Notes under the pieces: model-generated | What the model was told of the DNA's origin: nothing | Databases searched by the model: none | Seen by the model: only the letters and a program-made list of their open reading frames with translations | Translations under genes and position numbers: made by a program | DNA from: Elusimicrobiota bacterium | GTDB taxonomy: Bacteria; Elusimicrobiota; Elusimicrobia; UBA1565 | NCBI GenBank assembly: GCA_043827405.1 | Contig: JBDRPD010000105.1 | Location: 51,295 to 115,294, forward strand | DNA length: 64,000 nucleotides | Reading direction: 5' to 3' | In this document: positions 42,845 to 52,992 of the stretch, one piece after another | Layout of the letters: every line of letters begins with the position of its first letter | How positions within the stretch are numbered: the first letter of the stretch is position 1

Positions 42845-43861
42845 TTAGGCGGCGACCTTTAGGCTCTTGGCGATATGCTGGATCAGGTCCAAAACGCGCA
42901 TCGAGTAGCCCCATTCGTTATCGTACCAGCTGAAGACCTTGATGAGGTCGTCGGTTACGACCGTCTGCGTGGCATCGAAGATGCTGGACGCCGGGTTGCC
43001 GGTGAAGTCCTTGGAGACGAGCGGCACGTCGCAGTACTCCAGGTACTTCGCCAGCGGGCCGCTGGCGGCGGCTTTCTTGAACAACGCGTTGATCTCATCG
43101 GCCGAGGGCGTCTTCTCGCAGACCACGGTGAGGTCGACCAGCGATACGTCCTGGGTGGGCACGCGCACGGCGCAGCCGCTCAGTTTGCCCTTAAGCTCCG
43201 GGACGACGAGCCCTATCGCTTTGGCCGCGCCGGTCGAGCTCGGGATCATGCTCACGGCCGCCGCCCGGCCGCGCCGCAGGTCCTTGTGGGGCTGATCCAA
43301 GACGACTTGGTCGTTGGTGTAGGAATGGATGGTCGTCATCAGGCCCGATTTGATCCGGCAGTTCTCATGCAGGACCTTGACGACGGGGGCCAGACAGTTC
43401 GTCGTGCAGGAGGCGTTCGAGATGATGTGGTGCTTCTCCGGATCGTAGGTGTTCTCGTTGATGCCCATGCAGACGGTCAGCATGTCGCCTTTGCCGGGGG
43501 CGGAGAGGATGACTTTTTTCGCGCCCGCTTTGAGGTGCTTGCCCGCCGACTCGATGTCGCGGAACAGCCCGGTCGATTCGACGACGACATCGACGCCCAG
43601 CTCTTTCCAGGGCAGCTTCGCCGGATCGCGCTCGGCCGTGACCTTGATCGTTTTGCCGTCGATCTTGAGCGCCCCGTCGGCGGCTTCAACCGCGCCGTCA
43701 TAGATGCCGAACGTGGAGTCGTACTTGAAGAGATGCGCCAGCGTCTTTGAGTCCACGAGGTCGTTGATCGCGACCAGCTCAATCGCCTCGCACTTGCCCG
43801 CTCCGCGTGCGACGAGACGGCCGATACGGCCAAAACCGTTGATTCCTACCTTCACTGCCAT
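42845..43861 (-). CDS. gap: Type I glyceraldehyde-3-phosphate dehydrogenase
   Basis: GINGFGRIGR, SNASCTTNCLAP and WYDNEWGYS. Confidence 0.97.
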   Translation of the reverse strand: MAVKVGINGFGRIGRLVARGAGKCEAIELVAINDLVDSKTLAHLFKYDSTFGIYDGAVEAADGALKIDGKTIKVTAERDPAKLPWKELGVDVVVESTGLFRDIESAGKHLKAGAKKVILSAPGKGDMLTVCMGINENTYDPEKHHIISNASCTTNCLAPVVKVLHENCRIKSGLMTTIHSYTNDQVVLDQPHKDLRRGRAAAVSMIPSSTGAAKAIGLVVPELKGKLSGCAVRVPTQDVSLVDLTVVCEKTPSADEINALFKKAAASGPLAKYLEYCDVPLVSKDFTGNPASSIFDATQTVVTDDLIKVFSWYDNEWGYSMRVLDLIQHIAKSLKVAA

Positions 43862-43918
43862 AGATGCTCCTCCTAATGGATGGTGCGAAAACCGCTCAGG
43901 TTGATACGCCAGGCTATT

Positions 43919-45052
43919 CTAGCGGTTTTGCAGGATGATTTCTACCCGCTGTTGGGTATAGGGCACCCGGAGGCTGTCGATGGAGACATCTTGCGGAAGG
44001 ATCATAAGCTCCTTCAGGAGCATCTGTTCGATGGCTTCACACTGGGCTTCGGCCATAGCCTTGGTGCCTGAGTAGCATTCAAGGCGAATCGACATGCCGC
44101 CGAACCGGCGCTTAACGAGGTCCGCGGCGGCGCGCACGAGTCCAATTCCCTGGGGGTCCGCCAGTTCCACCGTGGTCTTGGACATGCCGAAAAGCTCGGC
44201 GGAATCAAGGCTGAGATGCAGCCCGTCGCGCTCCTGATGGACGATGCCTTTGAAGCGGATAGGCTTGCCGGCCCGCGTATAAGGATTCCCGGAGTTGTCG
44301 GTGAACATGTAGACGGGAGCGTAGGCGCTCCCGGCCTGCATCCATTCTCCTTGTTCGTTCTGCCCGGACCAGATCAGTTCCTCCGGGAGGTTGCTTGAGT
44401 CCTCGTAGTGCTGGAAGACCTTGCCGTCTTCATCGGTGATCGTCAGGCTCCACTGGTATTTGCGCACCTCCTTCGGCTCCAGCTTGCGTTGGAGGACTTC
44501 CTGCAGTTCTTCCTGCGGACGGAAGATCAGGCCGGGGCGCTCGCTGAAAGTCGTCAGCCAGGGCTGGATGACGCGCTCGTTGGCTATGAACTCCGGATGC
44601 GTGCGCCGCCAGACCACCGCCAGCGGCGATTCCGCCAGCAGCAGCGCCTGGTCCGGTTCGAGCGAGGAGCGAATCGACTCAAAGGGGTCCACTTCGATGT
44701 TCAGCGAGGGCTTGGTGGCCTCGAGCCGTCTGCCTTTCCGGATGACAATATCCGCCGGCAGTTCTCCCGAGGTCGAGGGGGCGTCCCCGATCGCCGCTTC
44801 GCTCGGCGTTGTCGACGGCTCGGCCGTTCCGGTCTCAGCCGTCTGCTCCTGCGCCATCTTGGGCGGAGCTTTAAAATCTATGCCGCCGGCGTCCATGCCC
44901 GGCAAGGGGGCCGTGTCCTGCCTGGAACCTCGCGTCTTCTCCTCCTTCTTCTTCTTGCCGAAGCCGAAGATGGCATGGGTCGTGGTTGGAGCGGCCGCCA
45001 GGCCCAAGAGCAGGCCGGCGGTCAGCAGCAGGATGGTTTTTTGGTTCTTCAT
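43919..45052 (-). CDS. Secreted hypothetical protein in the TonB operon
   Basis: Signal peptide; W.G.N..G Ig-like segment; RVEI C-terminus reminiscent of OmpA-C. Confidence 0.6.
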   Translation of the reverse strand: MKNQKTILLLTAGLLLGLAAAPTTTHAIFGFGKKKKEEKTRGSRQDTAPLPGMDAGGIDFKAPPKMAQEQTAETGTAEPSTTPSEAAIGDAPSTSGELPADIVIRKGRRLEATKPSLNIEVDPFESIRSSLEPDQALLLAESPLAVVWRRTHPEFIANERVIQPWLTTFSERPGLIFRPQEELQEVLQRKLEPKEVRKYQWSLTITDEDGKVFQHYEDSSNLPEELIWSGQNEQGEWMQAGSAYAPVYMFTDNSGNPYTRAGKPIRFKGIVHQERDGLHLSLDSAELFGMSKTTVELADPQGIGLVRAAADLVKRRFGGMSIRLECYSGTKAMAEAQCEAIEQMLLKELMILPQDVSIDSLRVPYTQQRVEIILQNR

Positions 45053-45056
45053 GCGG

Positions 45057-46160
45057 TTACTCCAGAAAAAAGCGGAATGTGATTACTCCCCACTCATTGC
45101 GTCCACCCATCGGCAGGGGCTCGAAGCGCCATTTCTTCAGGTGCTCCATGGCTAGACGGTCGAGCCAGCCATAGCTCGACGAGCTCTCGACGCTCAGGCG
45201 GTCCTCGAGGACGTTCCCGATCGGCGAGACATAGAACTTGATGCGGACCTCGGCTTCGTAAACGCCGTACTCCTCAAGTTTTTTGGGAAACCGGGGGACG
45301 CTGTAATCGCGGACCTTGCGGCTCGACAGCGGTCCCTCGATCTCTACGGCTTTCTTCTCTTCTTTGACCTCCTGGATGAAGGTCTCTTTTTTCCGTGTCG
45401 GCAGCGGCGCCGGCTCCTTGAGCGTGAATTCGTCCAGGCCGCGCTGCGGGGCGCTGCGGGGCTGCATCTTAAGCGCTTCGTGTTTGGCCGGCAGCATGCT
45501 CAGCAGCCGGTTGGAGGTTCCTGTCGTTCGCGTCCGGTCGACCGCCCGGGGGGCCGTATCGAAGGATTTTCGGCGGCTGCCGCCGAGGTCGATGCTGCCC
45601 AAGCCCGCTATCTGGCTGCGCTCGCGCCGCTCGGCAAGCTGGATCTGATCCAGGACCTCTTTCGGGGCTCGCCGGGTCCCGACCAGCGCCAGCTGGGGGA
45701 CCTCCACCGGCGCCCGGCGCCGGCCGAGGTCGACCTTCTGGTCGAGCTTCGCCAGCTGCGGCCGGTTCTTGTTTAAATCGAGCTTCATGTCGTCGCGCAG
45801 CTTGAGCTTCTTTTCGTCCAGCTTGAGCTTGGGAACGTCCATCATGATGCGGCGCGCTTCAGGCGCCTTCATTTTGATGTCGCGCAGGCCTTCGGGCCGT
45901 GCCGGCAGAGCCATCTTTAGAAAGTTCTTGGCCATCTCTTTGTTGCGCACAGCCCGCCGCTTGGGTTTGACGAGCTCTCTTTTTTGCTCCTGCTCGAGGA
46001 TGTCGATGTTGTCGATCTCCTGCGTCGGTACGGCCAGCCGAATCTCATGCTTGAAGAGAAATAGCGTCATCCCCGCCAGGTGCAGGATCAGCGAGACGCC
46101 GATCGCCGCGCCGATGCGCGACTCTCCGGAAAAATCTGCGGCTACCGCGGCTGCCGTCAT
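45057..46160 (-). CDS. tonB: TonB-family energy transducer
   Basis: TM helix with SLILH; C-terminal SSSYGWLDRLA...KWRFEP. Confidence 0.8.
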   Translation of the reverse strand: MTAAAVAADFSGESRIGAAIGVSLILHLAGMTLFLFKHEIRLAVPTQEIDNIDILEQEQKRELVKPKRRAVRNKEMAKNFLKMALPARPEGLRDIKMKAPEARRIMMDVPKLKLDEKKLKLRDDMKLDLNKNRPQLAKLDQKVDLGRRRAPVEVPQLALVGTRRAPKEVLDQIQLAERRERSQIAGLGSIDLGGSRRKSFDTAPRAVDRTRTTGTSNRLLSMLPAKHEALKMQPRSAPQRGLDEFTLKEPAPLPTRKKETFIQEVKEEKKAVEIEGPLSSRKVRDYSVPRFPKKLEEYGVYEAEVRIKFYVSPIGNVLEDRLSVESSSSYGWLDRLAMEHLKKWRFEPLPMGGRNEWGVITFRFFLE

Positions 46161-46182
46161 GTCTTATGTACGGGCCTCGCCT

Positions 46183-46599
46183 CTAGTTCTTGCGTTCGGT
46201 TGCGATGCGGATGGACTTGGCACCGGAGACCTTGGCCAACGCCATGACCTCGGTCAGGACGCCGTGGAGCGCCTCCTTGTCCGCCCGGATTACAACCAGC
46301 CCCTCTTCCGTCTGGGCAATCGCATACTTCAAAGGTTCCTTCATCGACCGCAGCGTCTTGTAGGTCCTGGCGTCGACCGCCATGCTGCCGTCGCGGCTGA
46401 TGGAGATGGTGGTTTTCTCCTCCTCCTGGCCCTCCTTGGTCGTCGCTTCCGGAAGATCGACGTCGAAAGCCGGCTGCGACAGGAGCGGGGTGGTCACCAT
46501 GAAAATAATCACCAGCACGAGGCAGACGTCCACCAGCGGCGTGACGTTAATGCCTGTCACGGCGTCGTCCTCGAGTTCAAAGGTGTTGCGGCGGCTCAT
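46183..46599 (-). CDS. exbD: ExbD/TolR biopolymer transporter
   Basis: INVTPLVDVCLVLVIIFMV, IRADK. Confidence 0.9.
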   Translation of the reverse strand: MSRRNTFELEDDAVTGINVTPLVDVCLVLVIIFMVTTPLLSQPAFDVDLPEATTKEGQEEEKTTISISRDGSMAVDARTYKTLRSMKEPLKYAIAQTEEGLVVIRADKEALHGVLTEVMALAKVSGAKSIRIATERKN

Positions 46600-47045
46600 T
46601 CGTCCTCTGTCTCCGCTGTCTCCTCTTTCTCCTGGGGCTTGGAGTTGCGCATAATCGCCATCTTCTGCGCGCCGGCCTGTCTGGAGGCGTCCAGGAGGTT
46701 TACCACCTGACCGACCCGGTTCTGGTCGTCCGCCGTGAGAATCACCATCTTGTCTTTGCTCTTGGCCAGCGCGTCCTGCAGCAGCGGACGCAGGGTCACG
46801 AAATCCACCTCGCGGCCGTTGATCGTGATCTTGCCGTCCTTTTCCAATTTGAGGGTCACGTTTTGGCTCGCCGATGTTTTCCCGACTGCGGCGCCCGCCT
46901 TGGACTGCATAACCTTGATCCCCGCCTGCAGGCCGAAAGGCGCGATCGCCATGAAGATGATCACCAGCACCAGGCTGACGTCGACCAGCGGCGTGACGTT
47001 GATATCGGTGATCGCGTCTTCGGGACCTTTTTGGGCGCCGGCCAT
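46596..47045 (-). CDS. exbD: ExbD/TolR biopolymer transporter
   Basis: INVTPLVDVSLVLVIIFMA. Confidence 0.9.
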   Translation of the reverse strand: MAGAQKGPEDAITDINVTPLVDVSLVLVIIFMAIAPFGLQAGIKVMQSKAGAAVGKTSASQNVTLKLEKDGKITINGREVDFVTLRPLLQDALAKSKDKMVILTADDQNRVGQVVNLLDASRQAGAQKMAIMRNSKPQEKEETAETEDE

Positions 47046-47050
47046 ATCGT

Positions 47051-47665
47051 CTACTTCGCTCCGAGCATCACCATCAGCCGAGAGGAGACGACCTCCATCT
47101 CGACGGAGAGGTTCTTTACCTTCCGCATGAAGAAGTTATAAACGATGACCGCCGGAATGGCAACCGCCATGCCCGCCGCCGTCGCGACGAGCGCTTCGGC
47201 GATGCCCTTGGCCACGACCGCCGGTCCGCCCGAGCCGGCGAGCGCCAGGTCGCGGAAAGCCTTGATGATGCCGACCACCGTCCCGAATAGGCCGATGAAG
47301 GGGGCGGTGTTGCCCATGGTCCCGAGCACGACGAGGAACCGTTCGAGCCGCAGGCGCTCCATGAGACGTTTGGCGCCCAGCAGCTCCTCCAGTTCGACGC
47401 GGGAGCGCTTGCGGTGCACGAGACCGTACGATACGACCTGCGCCAGCGGGGACGGGTCATTGCCGGTTGAGGAGATGGCCTGGTCGGCCTTGCCCGCCTC
47501 CAAAAGCTTGCGTACGTTGGCGAGCAGCTTGTCGCCGTCGACGGAGGCCTTGCGGAAGAACCACCAGCGCTCGATGGTGAAGGTGATCGAAAGGATCGAA
47601 CAGAACAATAAGATGACGAGCGTGAAGCTCTCCTTGAACATCTCGAGATAGGCAATTTCTCCCAT
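47051..47665 (-). CDS. exbB: MotA/TolQ/ExbB proton channel
   Basis: TAPFIGLFGTVVGI and GIAEALVATAAG...AIPA. Confidence 0.9.
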   Translation of the reverse strand: MGEIAYLEMFKESFTLVILLFCSILSITFTIERWWFFRKASVDGDKLLANVRKLLEAGKADQAISSTGNDPSPLAQVVSYGLVHRKRSRVELEELLGAKRLMERLRLERFLVVLGTMGNTAPFIGLFGTVVGIIKAFRDLALAGSGGPAVVAKGIAEALVATAAGMAVAIPAVIVYNFFMRKVKNLSVEMEVVSSRLMVMLGAK

Positions 47666-50600
47666 TTAGTTCATCCCCGGTATATTGATCTCTTTATTCG
47701 TGTCCGTCTTTTTATTCCGCCGCTTGGGCTTCTGCTGGCTCTTTGGATCCTTGGATTTTTGGTCGGAGGGCATGACCTGGGTCTTTCTTTGCGGCGGCGC
47801 CTCTTCCCGCGGGGCGCGGCCGCGGGGCTTCCCCCCCTCGCCGCCTTTGAGCATCTGCTGCAGGCCTTTGGCGCGTTCGCGCGCGGCCGGCGCGACCTGC
47901 GCGTCGGCGTTGTGGCCGAGGTCGGTATAGACCTCCACCGCCAGCGCGTAGCTCTTGCGCTCCTCGTACATCTCACCCAGTTTGATCAGCCCCTGCAGAC
48001 GGAAAGGATTGTTCTTCGGCTTCATGTCGAGCAGGCCTTCCCAAACAGCGACCGCTTCATCGAACTGCTTCATCGCAACAAGCAGCTCGCCCTTGCGGTA
48101 GGTCGCCTCGAGAATCTCGGCGGGCATGGCGTTCTGGCAGTTTTCCAGCCGTTCAACCGTCTCCCTCGCGCCGTTGAAGTTGTGCAGGTCCTTTTGGATC
48201 GCGAACAGCTCCCACAAGGCATCCTTGCCTGTTCCCTCGCACGGGCCGGCCATGATGGCGTAGCGTTCATAGGCTTGCGCCGAGCGGTCCAGTTTGCCGG
48301 TCGCTTTGAAGGCGAGCGCCAGGTTGAATTGGGCGGCGTTGCCGTATTCGGACGCCGGGTACTCATCGAGCAGCTGCATATAGCTCTTGATGGCGGGTTC
48401 GTAGTTCTTTTGCGAGTAGTGCGCGCTCGCCAGGTGGAAGAGGGCCAGGGCCGTGTCCGGGTTGCGCGGGAAGTTCTCCAGGAAGCGTCCGAAGGCGTAG
48501 ACGGCGTCCTCGTGCTTGCCGGCGTTAAAATAGGATTCCCCGAGCAGGAACTGCGCTTTCTTCAGCTTCTTGTTTCCGGTATAGTCGACGCTGAACTTCT
48601 GAAAAGCCGCCGCGGCCTCTAAAAACTGGCCCTTCTCAAAGTAGCGCCGGCCGATGCGGAACTGGGCGTCTCCCCCCGTGTTGGAGCCGGCGACCGAGGC
48701 CACGACTTCGTCGAGCGACTTTTTGAAGTTCGCCGTCGGGTTGCGGTCATAGATCGCCTCCATCAGGTCAAGCGCGTCGGTCGCTTCGGCGGATTCCGGG
48801 AACTGTTTGAGCAGCAGGAGGGCGGCGTTGAGCGCCTCCGGGTCCTGCTTCAGGTTGTAGTGCGACAGGGTGACGCGCAGATGCGCCAGCGGCGCCTGCG
48901 TCGCCTGCGGATATTTTTTGATGATGTGGTTGTAGGCCCGGATCGCCCGCTCATACTCCTGCGCGCGGTAGCGGGTGTCGGCGATCTGATACTCGGACTT
49001 CGTCGCTTCCTCGGAGTCCGGATGCTCCGTCGCCAGCCGGCTCCACAGGTCGATGGCTTCGGTGTAGTACTGCTGGTGGTACAGGCTCATCCCGGCGTTG
49101 TACATCGCCTTGGCGGCGCGCTCATCCTTGGGGTTGCCCTCGAAGAACTGCTTGTAGAGGTGGAAAGCGTCTTCATACTGCTTTTGGTTGTACATGCTGT
49201 TGGCGATGCCGATGGTGTTGGTCCCCGTGAAAGTAAACGAGGAGCGGGCGACCTTGATCATTTTCTGCAGCTCCTGGCGTTCGGCCAGGGCCTGATCGTC
49301 GTCGCCCTCGAACGAATACGTCCAGGCCAGGCCGTCCTGGGCGTAGATGGCCGAGACGTCGTTGGGGTAGACCTTTTTGACCATCTGGTAGATCGCGCGC
49401 GCTTCGTCGATGCGCTTGAGCGAGAGGTAGCACTCGGCGGCGTAGATGTAGGACAGCGGTCGCCACTTGGACTGCGACGGCGGCAGGTGCCGGAAGATGA
49501 ACTGGTAGGACGTCAGCACCGAGGTGCAGTTCTGGAGGCCGTGCTGGGTTTGCAGGATGGAGAACAGCGCCTGCTCGGCGATGTCCGAGGTCGGCGCCAG
49601 GTCAATGATGCGCTGGAAGGAGGTGACCGCCTGGTCGTAGCGTTTCTGCCGCAGCAGGCTGTTGGCCAGCACGATGTAGACGTTCTTCGCCAGCGAGTGC
49701 GTCGGGTAGAGCGATAGGAAGTTGCGGCAGGTCTGCGCCGCCTGAACGTAGTCCCCGACGTTGAACTGCGACCAGGCCAGCTTGTAGTGCGCGAGCGGGG
49801 AGATCTTGATCGTTTCCGGATACTGTGTGATGACTTTGGTGTAGGCGAAGAGCGCCTCGCGGAACTGCTCCTCGACCAGATAGGATTCGGCGATGGTGTA
49901 CTGGGCAAGCGGAGCGAAGAAGTCCCGGGGGTAGCGGTCGATCACCGCCTGAAAATGCGCTCGCGCTTCGATGTAGTTCTTCATTTGGAAGTAGGCCGAG
50001 CCGATGCGGAACAGCGCCGAAACGCGCAGCATCGAATCCGGATACTTCGCCTGGAAGCGCTTGTAGTTGGTGATCGCGCCGTTGAAGTCCTTGGCCAGAA
50101 AGAACGAGTCGCCGATGAAGAACTCGGTCTCCTCGACGAGAACCGAGTCAGGATATTGCTTGACGAGCTGACGAAAGGCGGCCGCCGCCAGGTAGGAGCG
50201 TTTCGAGAGCAGGTAAGTCTTGCCGAGATAAAACTGCGCCTCGGCCGTCTTGACCTCCTTGAGGGCGCGCTCGGCGTTGGCGTAGTCGCCCTTGTGCAGG
50301 CTGACGATCCCCTGGACGTAGAGGACCTCGGGGACCTTCAAGTAGTGCGGGTAGGTTTCGCCGAGGAGAAAAAGGTTCGCCTCCGCCTGGCTGAACTGCT
50401 CGAGCGCCAAGTTCGCGAAGATGATGCCCATCCAGCTTTCGGGAACGAGGTAGGATTTGGGGTGTTCCTCCTCGACCTTGCGCCACTCCTCTATCGCCGC
50501 CCCCCAGTCCTTCTCGTTGTAGGCGGTCTCGCCGAGACGGTACTGGGCGGACGCCAAGAGCCCGGTGGTCGTCTTGCGGTAGTTGCCGATCACGCTCTCG

Positions 50601-50965
50601 TAGGCGGCACGGGCGCGTTTGAGCGCGGACACCGCGGCGGCGTTCTTGGGCGAAAGCAGCCGCGTGGGGTTGGTTTTCTTTTCCTCGGCTTCCTTGTGCA
50701 GAATCTTGAGCGCCTGGTTCATATAGGCTTCGCCGATCATGAACTGGGCGTCGGCCGCACGGGGGCTGCTGTCGTAGCGGCGCAGGAAGCTCTCGAACGC
50801 GGTGATCGCGGCGATCTTGTCGCGCTGCGCGCGAAAGAGCTTGGTCGCCGACTCGAAGAGCTCCTCTTCCTCCTGCGTCTGAACGTTCTTTTTCCGGGCT
50901 TGCGCCGGGGCGGCCGCCGCGCTTAAAGCTACGATGAGCGCCAGAAAAACTTTTAGTCCTCGCAT
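47666..50965 (-). CDS. Large periplasmic tetratricopeptide-repeat protein (about 1099 aa)
   Basis: Signal peptide MRGLKVFLALIVALSAAAAPAQA; many A.F..G..Y...YP TPR units. Confidence 0.88.
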   Translation of the reverse strand: MRGLKVFLALIVALSAAAAPAQARKKNVQTQEEEELFESATKLFRAQRDKIAAITAFESFLRRYDSSPRAADAQFMIGEAYMNQALKILHKEAEEKKTNPTRLLSPKNAAAVSALKRARAAYESVIGNYRKTTTGLLASAQYRLGETAYNEKDWGAAIEEWRKVEEEHPKSYLVPESWMGIIFANLALEQFSQAEANLFLLGETYPHYLKVPEVLYVQGIVSLHKGDYANAERALKEVKTAEAQFYLGKTYLLSKRSYLAAAAFRQLVKQYPDSVLVEETEFFIGDSFFLAKDFNGAITNYKRFQAKYPDSMLRVSALFRIGSAYFQMKNYIEARAHFQAVIDRYPRDFFAPLAQYTIAESYLVEEQFREALFAYTKVITQYPETIKISPLAHYKLAWSQFNVGDYVQAAQTCRNFLSLYPTHSLAKNVYIVLANSLLRQKRYDQAVTSFQRIIDLAPTSDIAEQALFSILQTQHGLQNCTSVLTSYQFIFRHLPPSQSKWRPLSYIYAAECYLSLKRIDEARAIYQMVKKVYPNDVSAIYAQDGLAWTYSFEGDDDQALAERQELQKMIKVARSSFTFTGTNTIGIANSMYNQKQYEDAFHLYKQFFEGNPKDERAAKAMYNAGMSLYHQQYYTEAIDLWSRLATEHPDSEEATKSEYQIADTRYRAQEYERAIRAYNHIIKKYPQATQAPLAHLRVTLSHYNLKQDPEALNAALLLLKQFPESAEATDALDLMEAIYDRNPTANFKKSLDEVVASVAGSNTGGDAQFRIGRRYFEKGQFLEAAAAFQKFSVDYTGNKKLKKAQFLLGESYFNAGKHEDAVYAFGRFLENFPRNPDTALALFHLASAHYSQKNYEPAIKSYMQLLDEYPASEYGNAAQFNLALAFKATGKLDRSAQAYERYAIMAGPCEGTGKDALWELFAIQKDLHNFNGARETVERLENCQNAMPAEILEATYRKGELLVAMKQFDEAVAVWEGLLDMKPKNNPFRLQGLIKLGEMYEERKSYALAVEVYTDLGHNADAQVAPAARERAKGLQQMLKGGEGGKPRGRAPREEAPPQRKTQVMPSDQKSKDPKSQQKPKRRNKKTDTNKEINIPGMN

Positions 50966-52791
50966 TCGAATACCGGTCCCGTTTTTTTGTTTTCGATTTC
51001 CTCGCGCAGCCGGCGTACCAGCTCCTCTGCGCGGAGCTCCGAAAGCTGCTTCGCTTCCAGCTGTCCTTCTGCGCCCTTCTTCATGTAGCGCAGGCTGAGC
51101 GTGCCGGCGGCCACGTCCTTGGCGCCCAGAATGATCTGGTAGGGAATCTTGTGCAGCGTGGATTCGCGGATCTTCTTGCCGAGCTTCTCGTAGCGCAGGT
51201 CCGTCTCCACCCTGATGCCGGCTTCGCGGAGTCTGGCGGCAAGGCTTTGCGCCGCCGCGTCCTGCTCGTTGGATACCGTCAGGATATGGACCTGGACGGG
51301 TGCGAGCCACAGCGGAAAGCGTCCGGCATAGTGCTCGATGAGGAACGCCACCATGCGCTCCATGGTGCTGATCACGCCGCGGTGGATCATCACCGGGCTG
51401 CGGCGTTTGGCGTCCTCGCCGACGTATTCCAGCCCGAAGCGCTCGGGGAGGTAGAAGTCGAGCTGTACCGTGGAAATCGTCTCGCCGTGACCCATGACAT
51501 CGTTGAGCTGAACATCGATCTTGGGGCCGTAGTAGGCGGCCTCCCCCGTCGCCTCTTCGTAGGGGACGCCGACTTCTTCGAGCGCGCGGCGGAGACAAGG
51601 TTCGGCTTCGTTCCACAGGTTATCGTTGTCGACGAAGCTGACTTTGTCGTCGGGGTTGCGCAGAGACAGCCGGTACCAGTGTCCGGTCAGTCCGAAATCC
51701 TTGTAGACGCGCTCGATGAGCCGCAGCACGCCCACCGTTTCCTGCTGGATCTGTTCCGGCAGGCAGAAAATGTGGGCGTCGTTGAGCGTCATCGCGCGGA
51801 CCCGGGACAGGCCGGAGAGCACGCCGGAGCGCTCGTAGCGGTACATGGTTCCGAGCTCGGCGATCCTGACCGGCAGGTCGCGGTAGCTGTGCAGGTTGTG
51901 CTTGAAAACCTGGATATGGTGCGGGCAGTTCATCGGCCGCAGGACCAGCTCCTCCTTGTCCGCGAAGCGGATCGGAGGGTACATGTTGTCCTTGAAGTGG
52001 TCCCAGTGGCCGGACTGCTTGTAGAGCTCGGTGCGCGCCAGCTGGGGGGTGCAGACATGATCGTAGCCGAGGCTGCGTTCCAGATCGACGATGTAGCGCT
52101 CCAGGATCGAACGGATCATGGCGCCGCGCGGCAGCCATATCGGCAGACCCGGGCCGATCGCCTCGGAGTGCATGAATATCTCCAGGTCGGCGCCAAGCTT
52201 GCGGTGGTCGCGCTTTTTGGCTTCCTCCAAGCGCTTGAGATAAGCCTTGAGCTGCTTCTTGTCGGGCCAGGCCGTGCCGTAGATGCGCTGGAGCATGGGG
52301 CGCTTCTCGTCGCCCCGCCAATAGGCGCCGGCTACCGACATCAGCTTGAAGTAGCGGATGTCCCGCGTGTTCTGCAGATGCCCGCCGCGGCAGAGGTCGG
52401 TGAAGTCGCCGTGCGAATAATGCGTGACGGCCTCGACCTTGAGATCATTCAGCAGTTCGAGCTTGTAGGTCTCTCCGCGCTCTTTCCAGAAGGCGCGCGA
52501 TTCTTCTGCGGAAACTTCCTTGCCGACGAAGTCGTGATTGCCTTGGGCGATCTCGAGCATGCGCTTCTCGATTTTCGGCAGGTCCTCTTGGGTGAAGGCA
52601 TGTTCGGTGTCGAAGTCGTAGTAGAAGCCGTCCTGGATTACCGGGCCGATAGTGATCTGCGTATTGGGGAACAGATCCTTGACCGCCTGCGCCATCACAT
52701 GGGCACAGGAGTGGCGGAGGGCCGCCAGGTAATCGGTCGAGCTGCGGTCTGTTATTGTTGTGGTCTGATCATTCATGGCGGATGACGGCAT
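50953..52791 (-). CDS. thrS: Threonine--tRNA ligase (lacks the N-terminal TGS domain); start may be 52776
   Basis: RHSCAH, DLCRGGH, RDHRKLG, PMNCPHH, YGPKID and STVQLDF. Confidence 0.96.
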   Translation of the reverse strand: MPSSAMNDQTTTITDRSSTDYLAALRHSCAHVMAQAVKDLFPNTQITIGPVIQDGFYYDFDTEHAFTQEDLPKIEKRMLEIAQGNHDFVGKEVSAEESRAFWKERGETYKLELLNDLKVEAVTHYSHGDFTDLCRGGHLQNTRDIRYFKLMSVAGAYWRGDEKRPMLQRIYGTAWPDKKQLKAYLKRLEEAKKRDHRKLGADLEIFMHSEAIGPGLPIWLPRGAMIRSILERYIVDLERSLGYDHVCTPQLARTELYKQSGHWDHFKDNMYPPIRFADKEELVLRPMNCPHHIQVFKHNLHSYRDLPVRIAELGTMYRYERSGVLSGLSRVRAMTLNDAHIFCLPEQIQQETVGVLRLIERVYKDFGLTGHWYRLSLRNPDDKVSFVDNDNLWNEAEPCLRRALEEVGVPYEEATGEAAYYGPKIDVQLNDVMGHGETISTVQLDFYLPERFGLEYVGEDAKRRSPVMIHRGVISTMERMVAFLIEHYAGRFPLWLAPVQVHILTVSNEQDAAAQSLAARLREAGIRVETDLRYEKLGKKIRESTLHKIPYQIILGAKDVAAGTLSLRYMKKGAEGQLEAKQLSELRAEELVRRLREEIENKKTGPVFECED

Positions 52792-52827
52792 TACGCGAAA
52801 GCCCGCGTCATCACGCGGGCTGGAAAA

Positions 52828-52902
52828 TGGTGCCCAGTATAGGATTTGAACCTATGACCTTTCCCATGTCAAGGGAACGCGCTACCCCTGCGCCAACTGG
52901 GC
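52828..52902 (-). tRNA. tRNA-Val(GAC)
   Basis: GCCCAGT...TTCCC-TTGACAT-GGGAA...GGTTCAAATCC...ACTGGGC-ACCA. Confidence 0.95.
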
Positions 52903-52992
52903 GAAAAAATCCTTGCAAAATGTTAACAAACCCGGGACACCGATTCAATCCCATACCTTGAAGTTTAGAGAACCGATGTGAACTTGTCAATA

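Noticed and set aside
50966..51616. N-terminal 217-aa extension of the TPR ORF (track 47666..51616)
   Set aside because: Arg-rich off-frame read-through overlapping thrS; the signal peptide begins at ATG 50965
51151..52785. 544-aa plus-strand ORF
   Set aside because: Antisense shadow of thrS caused by GC-rich codon bias
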